Origin: Chitinophagales bacterium
Lineage (GTDB): Bacteria; Bacteroidota; Bacteroidia; Chitinophagales; LD1
Reading direction: 5' to 3'
Assembly (NCBI GenBank): GCA_044228435.1
Contig: JBGAUW010000003.1
Location: forward strand, 285,094-349,093
DNA: 64,000 nt
In this document: positions 19,719-28,762 of the stretch, piece by piece
Numbering within the stretch: the first letter of the stretch is position 1
How the letters are laid out: each line of letters begins with the position of its first letter
Translations under genes and position numbers: made by a program
Notes under the pieces: model-generated
Databases searched by the model: none
Told to the model about the DNA's origin: nothing
The model's input: only the letters and a program-made list of their open reading frames with translations

Positions 19719-21818
19719 ATGTATTCTAAAGAGAAGCAACAAGAACTGAACCAACTTACCGCACAGCTTATAAAACAGGAAGGCTCACTTTCTGATGCAG
19801 AGAAATTATTGGCCCTGCGGGAGATTATTGACTTTCACGATTGGCGGTATTATGTACTTAGCGAACCGGTAGTAACCGATTTTGATTACGATAAGCTTTT
19901 CAAGCAATTGCGTGAGTTAGAAGCAAAGCACCCGGATTTGCTGACCGAAGATTCACCTACACAACGCGTGGCCCGTGGCTTGACCGATGAGTTTAAAACG
20001 GTTGACCATTTGGTAAGTATGCTATCGCTGGATAACAGCTACAACGCCGAAGACCTGAATGATTTTGATACCAGTGTAAAAAAACTAACCGGCACCAACG
20101 AAGTTGAGTATTGTGTAGAACCCAAATTTGACGGGGGCAGCATAGCCCTGGTTTATGAAAACGACCTGCTGGTGCGCGCTGCTACGCGGGGCGATGGCAC
20201 CGTAGGAGAAGACATTACAAACAATGCCAAGGCTTTAGCCTCTATTCCTTTAAGGGCGGCCTTCTCTAAGTTCGGTATTTACAGGATAGAGATACGCGGC
20301 GAAGTAATTATACAACGCAGCATTTTTGAAAAAATGAATGAGGACCGCAAAGCACGTGGCGAAAAGGTTTTTCAGAATGCACGCAACACGGCCAGTGGTT
20401 CTTTACGCACCAAAAATCCAAACGAATCGCGTGCGCGCAACCTGGAGGCTATACTATACCACGTAAGTTTAGCGGAAGATAAAGACGGCAAGAACATGCT
20501 GGCCGGCGAACTGGAGTCGCACTTTCATACCATTGAAATACTTTACCAGTGTGGGTTTAAAACACCCATTAACGAAATGAAAGTGTGCGCGGATATAACT
20601 GAGGTGCATGAGTTTATTAAAACATGGGATACCAAACGCAACACCTTTAATATAGATACCGATGGCATGGTGGTAAAGGTAAACAGTCTTAAAAAGCAGC
20701 GGCAGTGCGGTAGCACTACACACCACCCGCGTTGGGCTATTGCTTATAAGTTTGCGGCTAAGCAGGCACACAGCAAACTTTTAACCGTAGAATACCAGGT
20801 AGGCCGAACCGGCGCCGTTACACCGGTGGCTAAAATAGAACCGGTGCCTTTGGCCGGTGTTACTATATCCTCCGTATCGCTGCACAATGAGGATTTTATA
20901 CTGGAGAAGGATATACATATAAACGATACCGTAATAGTAGAGCGTGCCGGCGAGGTGATACCCTATATAGCTGGTGTGGTAACTGATTTGCGCACCGGCG
21001 ATGAGCGAAAGATTGAGTTCCCCCGTAACTGCCCTTCGTGCCAATCACCTTTGGTACGGCCGGAAGAAGAAGCGGTTTGGCGCTGCGACAATGTAGACTG
21101 CCCGGCACAGACCGAAGAACGTGCTATACACTTCGTATCAAAAGATGCGATGGATATTGACGGGCTTGGCAGCAGCACCATTATTGATTTTATACAGCGG
21201 GGCTTTATTAAAAACATAGAAGACATTTACCGCCTGCCTTACGAAACAATACTAACGCTGGAAGGCTGGAAAGCAAAAAGCGTAAGCAACTTAAAAGAAG
21301 GCATTGAAGATAGTAAGAACCGTCCGCTGTGGCGTTTGCTTAACGCCCTTGGCATACGCCATTGCGGGGTTACTACCTCTAAAGATATCTCCACACACAT
21401 ACAGACCATTTTTGATTTACGCGAAATGACCGTAGAGCAGCTAACTAATATTGAAGGCATAGGCCCTAAGGTAGCGCAAAGCATTTTCGACTTTTTTCAG
21501 AATGATAGCAACATACACCTGCTACAGAACTTAAAGGCATTTGGCGTAAACACCGAAAACCGGCCAGAAGATGCCCGCACTAAAAACAATAAGCTGGAAG
21601 GCAAGACCTTTTTGTTTACCGGTAGCTTACAACAATTTACCCGCGACCGGGCCAAACAACTGGTAGAAGAAAATGGAGGCAAGCTTTTAAGTGGCGTTTC
21701 GGCTAACCTAAACTACTTAGTGGTTGGCGAAGATGCCGGCAGTAAATTGGCTAAGGCACAAAAGATAGAAACCATTAAGGTGCTGACTGAAACGGAGTTT
21801 TTAGCGATGATTGAGTAA
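19719..21818 (+). CDS. ligA: NAD-dependent DNA ligase
   Basis: 699 aa. Adenylation motif VEPKFDG, Zn finger CPSCQSPLVRPEEEAVWRCDNVDCPAQ, HhH repeats and a C-terminal BRCT (FLFTGSL). Confidence 0.95.
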   Translation: MYSKEKQQELNQLTAQLIKQEGSLSDAEKLLALREIIDFHDWRYYVLSEPVVTDFDYDKLFKQLRELEAKHPDLLTEDSPTQRVARGLTDEFKTVDHLVSMLSLDNSYNAEDLNDFDTSVKKLTGTNEVEYCVEPKFDGGSIALVYENDLLVRAATRGDGTVGEDITNNAKALASIPLRAAFSKFGIYRIEIRGEVIIQRSIFEKMNEDRKARGEKVFQNARNTASGSLRTKNPNESRARNLEAILYHVSLAEDKDGKNMLAGELESHFHTIEILYQCGFKTPINEMKVCADITEVHEFIKTWDTKRNTFNIDTDGMVVKVNSLKKQRQCGSTTHHPRWAIAYKFAAKQAHSKLLTVEYQVGRTGAVTPVAKIEPVPLAGVTISSVSLHNEDFILEKDIHINDTVIVERAGEVIPYIAGVVTDLRTGDERKIEFPRNCPSCQSPLVRPEEEAVWRCDNVDCPAQTEERAIHFVSKDAMDIDGLGSSTIIDFIQRGFIKNIEDIYRLPYETILTLEGWKAKSVSNLKEGIEDSKNRPLWRLLNALGIRHCGVTTSKDISTHIQTIFDLREMTVEQLTNIEGIGPKVAQSIFDFFQNDSNIHLLQNLKAFGVNTENRPEDARTKNNKLEGKTFLFTGSLQQFTRDRAKQLVEENGGKLLSGVSANLNYLVVGEDAGSKLAKAQKIETIKVLTETEFLAMIE

Positions 21819-21822
21819 AGCT

Positions 21823-22239
21823 ATGACAGACGTAGAATCATTAATTGAAAAGACTTTGCCGTTTATAAAAACCCTGCTTAAAAACAATGGCGAGTTTTTT
21901 CCGGTGGCTTCTGGTATAAAAGCAGACGGTTCGTTTGTAATGCTTAAGCTTTATGATGGCAATGAAAGTCCAGTTTCGGATAAGTTATTACAAGACTTTA
22001 AAAAAACTCTAAGAAAAGATGCTACCGAATACAGAGCCATTTCGATATTGTATGATGTGGTAGTAACCAACCATAAAACCGGATTAAAAACGGATGCCAT
22101 AGCAATTTGCGCAGAAGCTAAAGAAGCGGGACTATCGCATACTTACTTTTATCGGTATGTTATAGCTGATGAAATTGCCTTTGACACGGAGATTTGGGCT
22201 GAAGAGAAGGACAGAGAAATATTTATTAGCCAAAATTAA
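21823..22239 (+). CDS. Hypothetical protein
   Basis: 138 aa from the ATG at 21823. The ORF-track TTG at 21811 overlaps the ligA stop. No recognisable motif. Confidence 0.5.
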   Translation: MTDVESLIEKTLPFIKTLLKNNGEFFPVASGIKADGSFVMLKLYDGNESPVSDKLLQDFKKTLRKDATEYRAISILYDVVVTNHKTGLKTDAIAICAEAKEAGLSHTYFYRYVIADEIAFDTEIWAEEKDREIFISQN

Positions 22240-22251
22240 GGCAGCTTAAAC

Positions 22252-23112
22252 TTACACCAACGTCAATCCTTCATCGCATAAAGCACGCACATCCAAATCG
22301 GCACTTACGCTGCCAATTTTAAGCAGAGCTTGCTTAGCATTTTCTAAGCCCAGTAAGCGTACTGAATAATCGTGGCTCCATACAGTAGAGAGCAGCCAGG
22401 TATAGGCATCGGCTTCGCTTAGTTTGAATCTTTCCGTAAGCAGTTTAACCGATTGCGGAGAAGTTACAAAGCGCTCGCTTTCTGTATTAATTACTTCTAA
22501 CACTTTGGCAATTTTATCGCGCTTGGTAGCGAGGGCTTCATCGCTGGCTATAATCAGCATACTGCTCCACGGAGCGCTAAACTCGCCAATCATACGTACG
22601 GTGCCGTTTTCTACATGCGCTTTGGTCATATACTTTTCCCAGTAAAAAATCTGGGTTTCGTTACCTGTAAGCGATTGCATAGCACCGTCGATACTTTTTA
22701 CTTCTATCAGGTCTTTTGCATCAACCCTTTCGCCCCGCTGCTCGGCGTGTATCATGGCCATTAAGTGCGAACCCGAACCTAACTTGCTGATAGCATACTT
22801 TTTAGGCAACCGGTTATACACTGAATAGAACTGCGATTTGGTACCGGTAAAAATACCCCAGCCCAATGGCGAGGTGATATACTCTTTTACAATCTTTGCC
22901 TTAAGCCCTTTAGCTGCCGCCGATACAAAACCTTCGGTAAGCAGAATGGCCAAATCCAGCTCACCGGTTTTAAGCGCCTCGGTCATTACACCGGTACCGC
23001 CCGGAAAAAACTTCCAGTTCAACTCAACTCCGGCTTCGGTAAATTTATTTTGCTCTACCGCTATATTCCACGGCAGGTTAAAATGTTCTGTTACTCCTCC
23101 AATCTTTAACAT
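22252..23112 (-). CDS. Cytoplasmic periplasmic-binding-protein-fold protein (NMT1/THI5- or MqnA-like)
   Basis: 286 aa with no signal peptide. The N-terminus MLKIGGVTEHFNLPW resembles PBP type-2 fold enzymes and binding proteins. Confidence 0.45.
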   Translation of the reverse strand: MLKIGGVTEHFNLPWNIAVEQNKFTEAGVELNWKFFPGGTGVMTEALKTGELDLAILLTEGFVSAAAKGLKAKIVKEYITSPLGWGIFTGTKSQFYSVYNRLPKKYAISKLGSGSHLMAMIHAEQRGERVDAKDLIEVKSIDGAMQSLTGNETQIFYWEKYMTKAHVENGTVRMIGEFSAPWSSMLIIASDEALATKRDKIAKVLEVINTESERFVTSPQSVKLLTERFKLSEADAYTWLLSTVWSHDYSVRLLGLENAKQALLKIGSVSADLDVRALCDEGLTLV

Positions 23113-23185
23113 ACGTTTCGATTACTCAGGTTATAAATGATTACACGGATAAATACAATTGCACATATAATACAGACTACAAATA

Positions 23186-24037
23186 CTACTGCTGCAAATA
23201 AAAATTAATAGTTGCAGCCACGGCAGCTTCCATGTCTGTGGTTAACACAGTTTCGCTGTATGGGTGCTTACCACCAAAATTATGATTACTGCCTTCTAAT
23301 AACAGCAATTCAGCTTTTTTGTTCCACCCCTGCATTTCTATTGCCGCTTCTACCGGTATGGTTTCGTCTTTTGTGCCATGTATTATCAGCATTGGTATCT
23401 GCAAAGCGCGTACCGCGTCGGGTACAAACAAGCGGGGCAGGTTGGCAAAGTAATTTTCATACAGCTGCCATTTAATAGGCATCATTTGTTTAGTGCGGGC
23501 ATTGCCCACATACACTACGCCATCCTTCTTTATCTTCTCCAGTTCTTCTGCCGTCCAATACTTACTAAATTCATTTACACTGGCCCAGGTACACAGCTTT
23601 TTTACGCGGGTATCTTCTTTCGCTTTTAAAATAGATATACCCCCTCCCCTGCTATGACCCATCAGGTAAATAGCTTCGGTATTTATCTCCGATTTATCAA
23701 CCGGAAATTCATTCGAGCATACCCAATCAATTACTACTCCCAAATCATCCATTTCAATGCTCAGGTTATCGTTGCCAAAGGCTTCCAGGTCGGCAAATTC
23801 GGTGGGGCTATCGATGGTAGTGCCGTTGTGCGAAAAATTGTATTTAACGTATACAAAGCCAGCTTCCGCAAAGCGCTCAGCAACCAGGTTAAAAGGCCCC
23901 CAATCTTTAAAGCCTTTAAAGCCATGGCTAAAAATTACCACCGGTTTTTTTAACCCACCATTCTTATAAAAAACATCTGCCAAAAAAGGCCGGCCATGTT
24001 GGCTTTGCAGCACCAAATTCCGCTCGCATAAAATCAT
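23186..24037 (-). CDS. Alpha/beta hydrolase
   Basis: 283 aa with nucleophile elbow GHSRGG and a downstream HG..D/H pattern. Confidence 0.8.
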   Translation of the reverse strand: MILCERNLVLQSQHGRPFLADVFYKNGGLKKPVVIFSHGFKGFKDWGPFNLVAERFAEAGFVYVKYNFSHNGTTIDSPTEFADLEAFGNDNLSIEMDDLGVVIDWVCSNEFPVDKSEINTEAIYLMGHSRGGGISILKAKEDTRVKKLCTWASVNEFSKYWTAEELEKIKKDGVVYVGNARTKQMMPIKWQLYENYFANLPRLFVPDAVRALQIPMLIIHGTKDETIPVEAAIEMQGWNKKAELLLLEGSNHNFGGKHPYSETVLTTDMEAAVAATINFYLQQ

Positions 24038-24129
24038 ACGGCGAACTTAAAAAAGGATTACACAGATAAATACATTTGATTACAACGATTTTCTGTACAA
24101 TTTTCATTTATGGGTTACATTCGCTTCCG

Positions 24130-25104
24130 ATGTCGGTAAGTTTAGACGAGATAAAGAAACCAATTTCGAAGGAGCTTGATGAGTTTGAAGTGCGCTTTCG
24201 CGAGAGCATGAAAAGCAAAGCGCCTTTGCTTGACCGCATTACGCATTACATAGTAACCCGCAAGGGCAAACAAATGCGCCCCATGTTTGTGTTTTTATCG
24301 GCCCGCTTATGCGGCGAGTTAAATGAGGCTACTTATGTGGCCGCTTCGCTGGTAGAAATATTACATACGGCCACCCTGGTGCATGATGATGTGGTAGATG
24401 ATTCGTACCAGCGCCGCGGCTTTTTTTCTATTAACGCGCTTTGGAAAAACAAGATAGCAGTATTGGTAGGTGATTATTTGCTATCGAAGGGTTTATTGCT
24501 TTCTATAGAGCATGATCAGTTCCAACTGCTGCATATTTTATCCAACACCATTAAGGCCATGAGCGAGGGCGAATTGCTACAGCTTGAAAAGGCACGCAAG
24601 CTGGATATTAAAGAAGATATATACTTTGAAATTATACGCGGCAAAACGGCCTCGCTGATAGCATCGGCCTGTGCCTGCGGGGCCTCTACCACTACTAAAG
24701 ATGAAGAAAAGATTGCCCGGGTAAAACTGATGGGTGAAAAAATTGGTATTGCCTTCCAGATTAAAGACGATTTGTTTGACTATGAAGAGGCAGAAATAGG
24801 CAAGCCGCGTGGCATTGATATTAAAGAGCGCAAAATGACCCTGCCACTTATTTACACATTGGGTAAGGTTTCGGGCAGCGATAAAAAGAAGATTATAAAC
24901 GTAATAAAGAACGATAACCAAAACACCGAAAAGGTGCGTTGGGTAATTGATATGGTACGCCAAAACGGGGGCATGGATTATGCCGCCGGCGTAATGAACC
25001 AATACCGCGATGAAGCATTGAAGCTGTTATATGAATTTCCGGTAAGTGAGTCGCGCAACTCGGTAGAGCAGTTGATTGAGTTTACCATTGAACGGAAAAT
25101 TTAA
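24130..25104 (+). CDS. Polyprenyl diphosphate synthase (trans-IPPS, octaprenyl/solanesyl type)
   Basis: The ORF track starts at a TTG at 24076; the ATG at 24130 is more likely. First DDxxD (HDDVVDD) and second DDxxD (KDDLFD) motifs are present. Confidence 0.9.
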   Translation: MSVSLDEIKKPISKELDEFEVRFRESMKSKAPLLDRITHYIVTRKGKQMRPMFVFLSARLCGELNEATYVAASLVEILHTATLVHDDVVDDSYQRRGFFSINALWKNKIAVLVGDYLLSKGLLLSIEHDQFQLLHILSNTIKAMSEGELLQLEKARKLDIKEDIYFEIIRGKTASLIASACACGASTTTKDEEKIARVKLMGEKIGIAFQIKDDLFDYEEAEIGKPRGIDIKERKMTLPLIYTLGKVSGSDKKKIINVIKNDNQNTEKVRWVIDMVRQNGGMDYAAGVMNQYRDEALKLLYEFPVSESRNSVEQLIEFTIERKI

Positions 25105-25215
25105 AGGGGTCGCTAAGTTAAGCACCACCTCGGCTTCACTTCGCTCAACCACTCCAGCTTAAAATCCGCTGCGGTAGCAGAGCGAAGGAGGAGAACTAAC
25201 AGCCTAATACAGCTT
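25105..25215. repeat. Degenerate palindromic intergenic element
   Basis: CTTCGCTC (25139-25146) is complementary to GAGCGAAG (25180-25187). It shares the TTCGCTCA core with family A and lies between convergent genes. Confidence 0.35.
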
Positions 25216-25218
25216 AAC

Positions 25219-26724
25219 TTACAAGGCCAGAATCTCTTCCATCAGTTTTCGGCCGTTAACCAACCTTGGCACTTTATTTTGCCCGCCCAACTTATTTTTA
25301 GAAGATAGCCATTTATAAAAAGTGCCTTCGGGCAGTGGAATTACTTCGCATTGTGTTAGCGCCAGGCTATTATTTCTCTTTTGCCGGTAGTTAGAGTTTT
25401 CTGTCTGCAGGTTTTTATCCAATTCAGTTTCATATAGCTTTAAATCTACCGGTGCCACCGAAAACTCAATGGCAAACTGAATGCGGCCTTTCTCGTCCAT
25501 ACTTATGTAATAAGGCGCTACGGTATACTCGCGGATAGAACTGCCACAGGTTTGATTAGTTTTTAGTAATGCCTGCTGCACGTTACTGAGCAATAAGTCT
25601 TCGCCAAAGGCATTGATATACTCCTGCGTGCGTCCGGTAATTTTAAATGTATAAGGATCGAGTGAGGCAAAGGTTATTACATCGCCGATGGTGTAGCGCA
25701 GCAAGCCGTTAGGTGCAGTAATTAGCAACACATAAGGCACACCGATTGTAACCTGGCTTAAAGGTAAGGCCTCGCGGCTACCGGTGTAAAATTTATCGAG
25801 CGGAATGAACTCGTAAAAAATATAGTTATCAGTAAGCAACAGCAGGTTATTACTACGCAGGTTTTCCTGTATTCCAAAAAAACCTTCGGTGGCGTTGTAT
25901 ACTTCGTAAAAAACAAAATCTTTTTTGCCTACCAGTTCTTCAAACTGTTTGCGGTAGGGCTCAAAGCTTACGCCCCCATGAAAAAACACCTGCAGGTTCT
26001 TCCATAAGTCGGTCAGCTTTTCAAATTTGGTTTCGTCTTTTAGCCTTTGTAAAAGGGCCAGGTGCCAGGTAGGCACACCACTGATAGTGCCTACATCTTC
26101 ATTTTTAATTTGAGCGATGGTGCCGGTAATTTTTTCTTCCCACTTTGGTAAAGTCTGCACATCTATACCGGGCACATAATAACTGCGGTATATGGGTGGC
26201 ACATTGCTGCAAAGTATGGCCGATATATCGGCTACCTTTATACCCGATGGAAGTGTTTGGTAAATGCCACCCGGTATTAAAAGGTTTTTGTGGCTTAATA
26301 AGTGTATGCTATCATCCTGCTGATGGATTTTAGAGAGGGCAAAAAAGCTACCGCGCACATGGCACTTGCGCATTATTTGCATGGTAATGGGTACCAGTTT
26401 ACTTTTACCGCTGGTAGTGCCGGCCGTTTGCGCAAACCACTTCACCGCTTTATTGGTCATTACATTTTGTGCGCCCGTTTTTATCTTTTCAATATAGGCC
26501 TCGTAAAAATCGTATTGAGTAACCGGCACGGCAGCGCTAAAATCTTTATAGGTTTTTATGCCTTCAAACTTCAAGTCTCTTCCTAAATCAGTAGCAGATA
26601 GCTGCTTTATAATTTTATCAAAAATCTGCTGCTGGTGCGCAATTGATTTGGCGGCCGTAAAATCGGGCGGAAAAAGGTTTTTAAGATAAAGCCGGAAGAG
26701 AAAGTTTTTCCAGTTGAAGGACAT
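25219..26724 (-). CDS. GH3 (auxin-responsive promoter) family acyl-adenylate-forming protein
   Basis: 501 aa. The TAGTTSGKSKLVP nucleotide-binding motif, YNATEGFFG and overall length are typical of bacterial GH3 proteins. Confidence 0.75.
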   Translation of the reverse strand: MSFNWKNFLFRLYLKNLFPPDFTAAKSIAHQQQIFDKIIKQLSATDLGRDLKFEGIKTYKDFSAAVPVTQYDFYEAYIEKIKTGAQNVMTNKAVKWFAQTAGTTSGKSKLVPITMQIMRKCHVRGSFFALSKIHQQDDSIHLLSHKNLLIPGGIYQTLPSGIKVADISAILCSNVPPIYRSYYVPGIDVQTLPKWEEKITGTIAQIKNEDVGTISGVPTWHLALLQRLKDETKFEKLTDLWKNLQVFFHGGVSFEPYRKQFEELVGKKDFVFYEVYNATEGFFGIQENLRSNNLLLLTDNYIFYEFIPLDKFYTGSREALPLSQVTIGVPYVLLITAPNGLLRYTIGDVITFASLDPYTFKITGRTQEYINAFGEDLLLSNVQQALLKTNQTCGSSIREYTVAPYYISMDEKGRIQFAIEFSVAPVDLKLYETELDKNLQTENSNYRQKRNNSLALTQCEVIPLPEGTFYKWLSSKNKLGGQNKVPRLVNGRKLMEEILAL

Positions 26725-26756
26725 AGGCGCTAAATTAGTTAGCGCCTGCTAATAGC

Positions 26757-27899
26757 CTAATTATTTTGCGTGGCTACAAAAGCGTTAATTCGGTTAAGCT
26801 TACTAATACAATCGTTTAGATAGTCTTTGTGTTTTTCTATACCCCTAGTTAGTCGCATACTGATTAATAAAATGGTAGCTATCTCTAAAAAATAGTTATC
26901 GTTAACTGGCTTTAGGATTACTATTGAACTAGCGATAGTGGCAATATCCGTGTTGCTATGTTGTTTGGCAAAGTCTAAAGCCAAAGCCTGGTATTCTTTT
27001 AAGCTACCTATAAAATCGTTAAATTGAGTTGTAAGCGATTTCGGATCTGCAGTTGTACGTAAACTATTTAAAATATTTTGTGCGGCTGCCGTAAGGTCAT
27101 TTGTGTACTTGGTAAGCTCTTCCGCCGAAAGCACTTTTTTGTGAAAAGAGTTAGGTTGCGATGAAATATTTTTCCTACGCAGCACAAAATTCTGCCCCAG
27201 GTAAACACGGCGCACCTGCTCATCGTTGGCCAGTTCTTCTGCGCTACCGGCTTTTAATATTTTGCCTTCAAACAAAAGGTAGGCCCGGTCGGTTATAGAA
27301 AGGGTTTCCTGCACGTTGTGGTCAGTTATCAGCACCCCAATGTTTTTCATCTTCAGTTGCTCCACAATGCGCTGTATATCTTCTACAGCTATAGGGTCGA
27401 TTCCGGCAAATGGTTCATCTAATAAAATAAACTTAGGGTCGGTAGCCAGTGCGCGGGCTATTTCGGTTCTTCTCCTTTCGCCGCCGCTTAATACGTTACC
27501 CATGCTGGTGCGTACCCGGTTTAAGCCAAATTCGCTCAACAATAACTCAAGGCGGTCTTTCTGGTCTTTCTTAGATAGGTTGGTCATTTCTAACACACCG
27601 GCTATATTATCCTCTACCGAAAGGTTACGGAAAATAGAGGCCTCTTGCGGAAGGTAACCAATGCCTAATCCGGCGCGCTTATACATAGGCAAGTCGGTAA
27701 TGTCCTGCTCGCCTAAATATATCTTGCCTTCGTCGGGCGGAATTAAGCCTACAATTTGATAGAAGGAGGTGGTTTTGCCGGCCCCGTTAGGGCCTAACAG
27801 CCCTACAATTTCGCCCTGATTTACTTCTACCGATACGTGGTTAACTACCGTACGGCCTTTGTAAACCTTCACTAAATCTTTTGAGCGGAGCGTAAGCAT
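26757..27899 (-). CDS. lptB: LPS export ABC transporter ATP-binding protein LptB with a ~130-aa C-terminal extension
   Basis: Walker [10 protein letters not shown], signature LSGGERRR, Walker [10 protein letters not shown]. The canonical LptB C-terminus VYLGQNFVL is followed by about 130 further residues in the same ORF. Confidence 0.85.
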   Translation of the reverse strand: MLTLRSKDLVKVYKGRTVVNHVSVEVNQGEIVGLLGPNGAGKTTSFYQIVGLIPPDEGKIYLGEQDITDLPMYKRAGLGIGYLPQEASIFRNLSVEDNIAGVLEMTNLSKKDQKDRLELLLSEFGLNRVRTSMGNVLSGGERRRTEIARALATDPKFILLDEPFAGIDPIAVEDIQRIVEQLKMKNIGVLITDHNVQETLSITDRAYLLFEGKILKAGSAEELANDEQVRRVYLGQNFVLRRKNISSQPNSFHKKVLSAEELTKYTNDLTAAAQNILNSLRTTADPKSLTTQFNDFIGSLKEYQALALDFAKQHSNTDIATIASSIVILKPVNDNYFLEIATILLISMRLTRGIEKHKDYLNDCISKLNRINAFVATQNN

Positions 27900-27916
27900 A
27901 AATTAAACGCTTTGTA

Positions 27917-28693
27917 TTACAACCCGTTGAATGAAATACCAACTGTAAACTCGTTGGCTTTAGGGCCTTTACCTTTTTTAAATACATCTAACACGCCGTA
28001 GTATGCAAAAACGTTTACAACGCTGTAGCCAATACGAATGGTAGGGCCCATGCGCAGTAAATTAAAATCGGGGAAGCGGCGCTCTACATCCACTTTTACC
28101 ACGTTGCCAATTTTGGTTCTTTGCTTGGTGTGCGCATCTACACGAATACCGGCCTTGAAGCCCACTACAAATTTCCAGCAGTTATTAAACTTATCGGGGT
28201 TAGTGCGAATACGCAACTCTAAAGGAATATCGACATACTGTAAAGTTAGCTTATTGATTTTGTAATCGCCCAATGCTATGTTTGGGTTAATGTCGGTAAG
28301 CGGGCGGAAGCTGGTGCCGGTAGAATCTTCCCACAGACCGTGGCGGCTGTAAATGTTAGAGCAGCTATAGCCAATACCCGGCGCAAAGCTTACACGCGAT
28401 TTTTTAATACGGAAATCCCACGAAAAATAGATGCTGATACCGCGGCTCCACCACTTAGTTTGCAGGCCGTTCATACCAGCGCTGTTCTTATCGTAAATCC
28501 AGTTGCTGCCAAATAAATCTACCGTAAAGCGGTCTTTAGCAAACTTGGCAAACTTCTTCTCCACTTCATTCTTCTTGGCATTTTGTGCTGCTGTAGGCAG
28601 CTTTTTTACACGCGCTGTGCGCGATGAATCTGCTTCGAATGCAAATGTGGCCATTGAACTTAACAACAAAAACCCCAACAGGATATTCTTCAT
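27917..28693 (-). CDS. Outer-membrane beta-barrel protein
   Basis: 258 aa with a signal peptide, alternating beta pattern and a terminal ISFNGL. Confidence 0.55.
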   Translation of the reverse strand: MKNILLGFLLLSSMATFAFEADSSRTARVKKLPTAAQNAKKNEVEKKFAKFAKDRFTVDLFGSNWIYDKNSAGMNGLQTKWWSRGISIYFSWDFRIKKSRVSFAPGIGYSCSNIYSRHGLWEDSTGTSFRPLTDINPNIALGDYKINKLTLQYVDIPLELRIRTNPDKFNNCWKFVVGFKAGIRVDAHTKQRTKIGNVVKVDVERRFPDFNLLRMGPTIRIGYSVVNVFAYYGVLDVFKKGKGPKANEFTVGISFNGL

Positions 28694-28762
28694 ATTTTAA
28701 TTTTTCGGCTTTTTAAACGCGGCGCAAATGTAATTATTGTCGCCAATGTGGCTATTATAACG

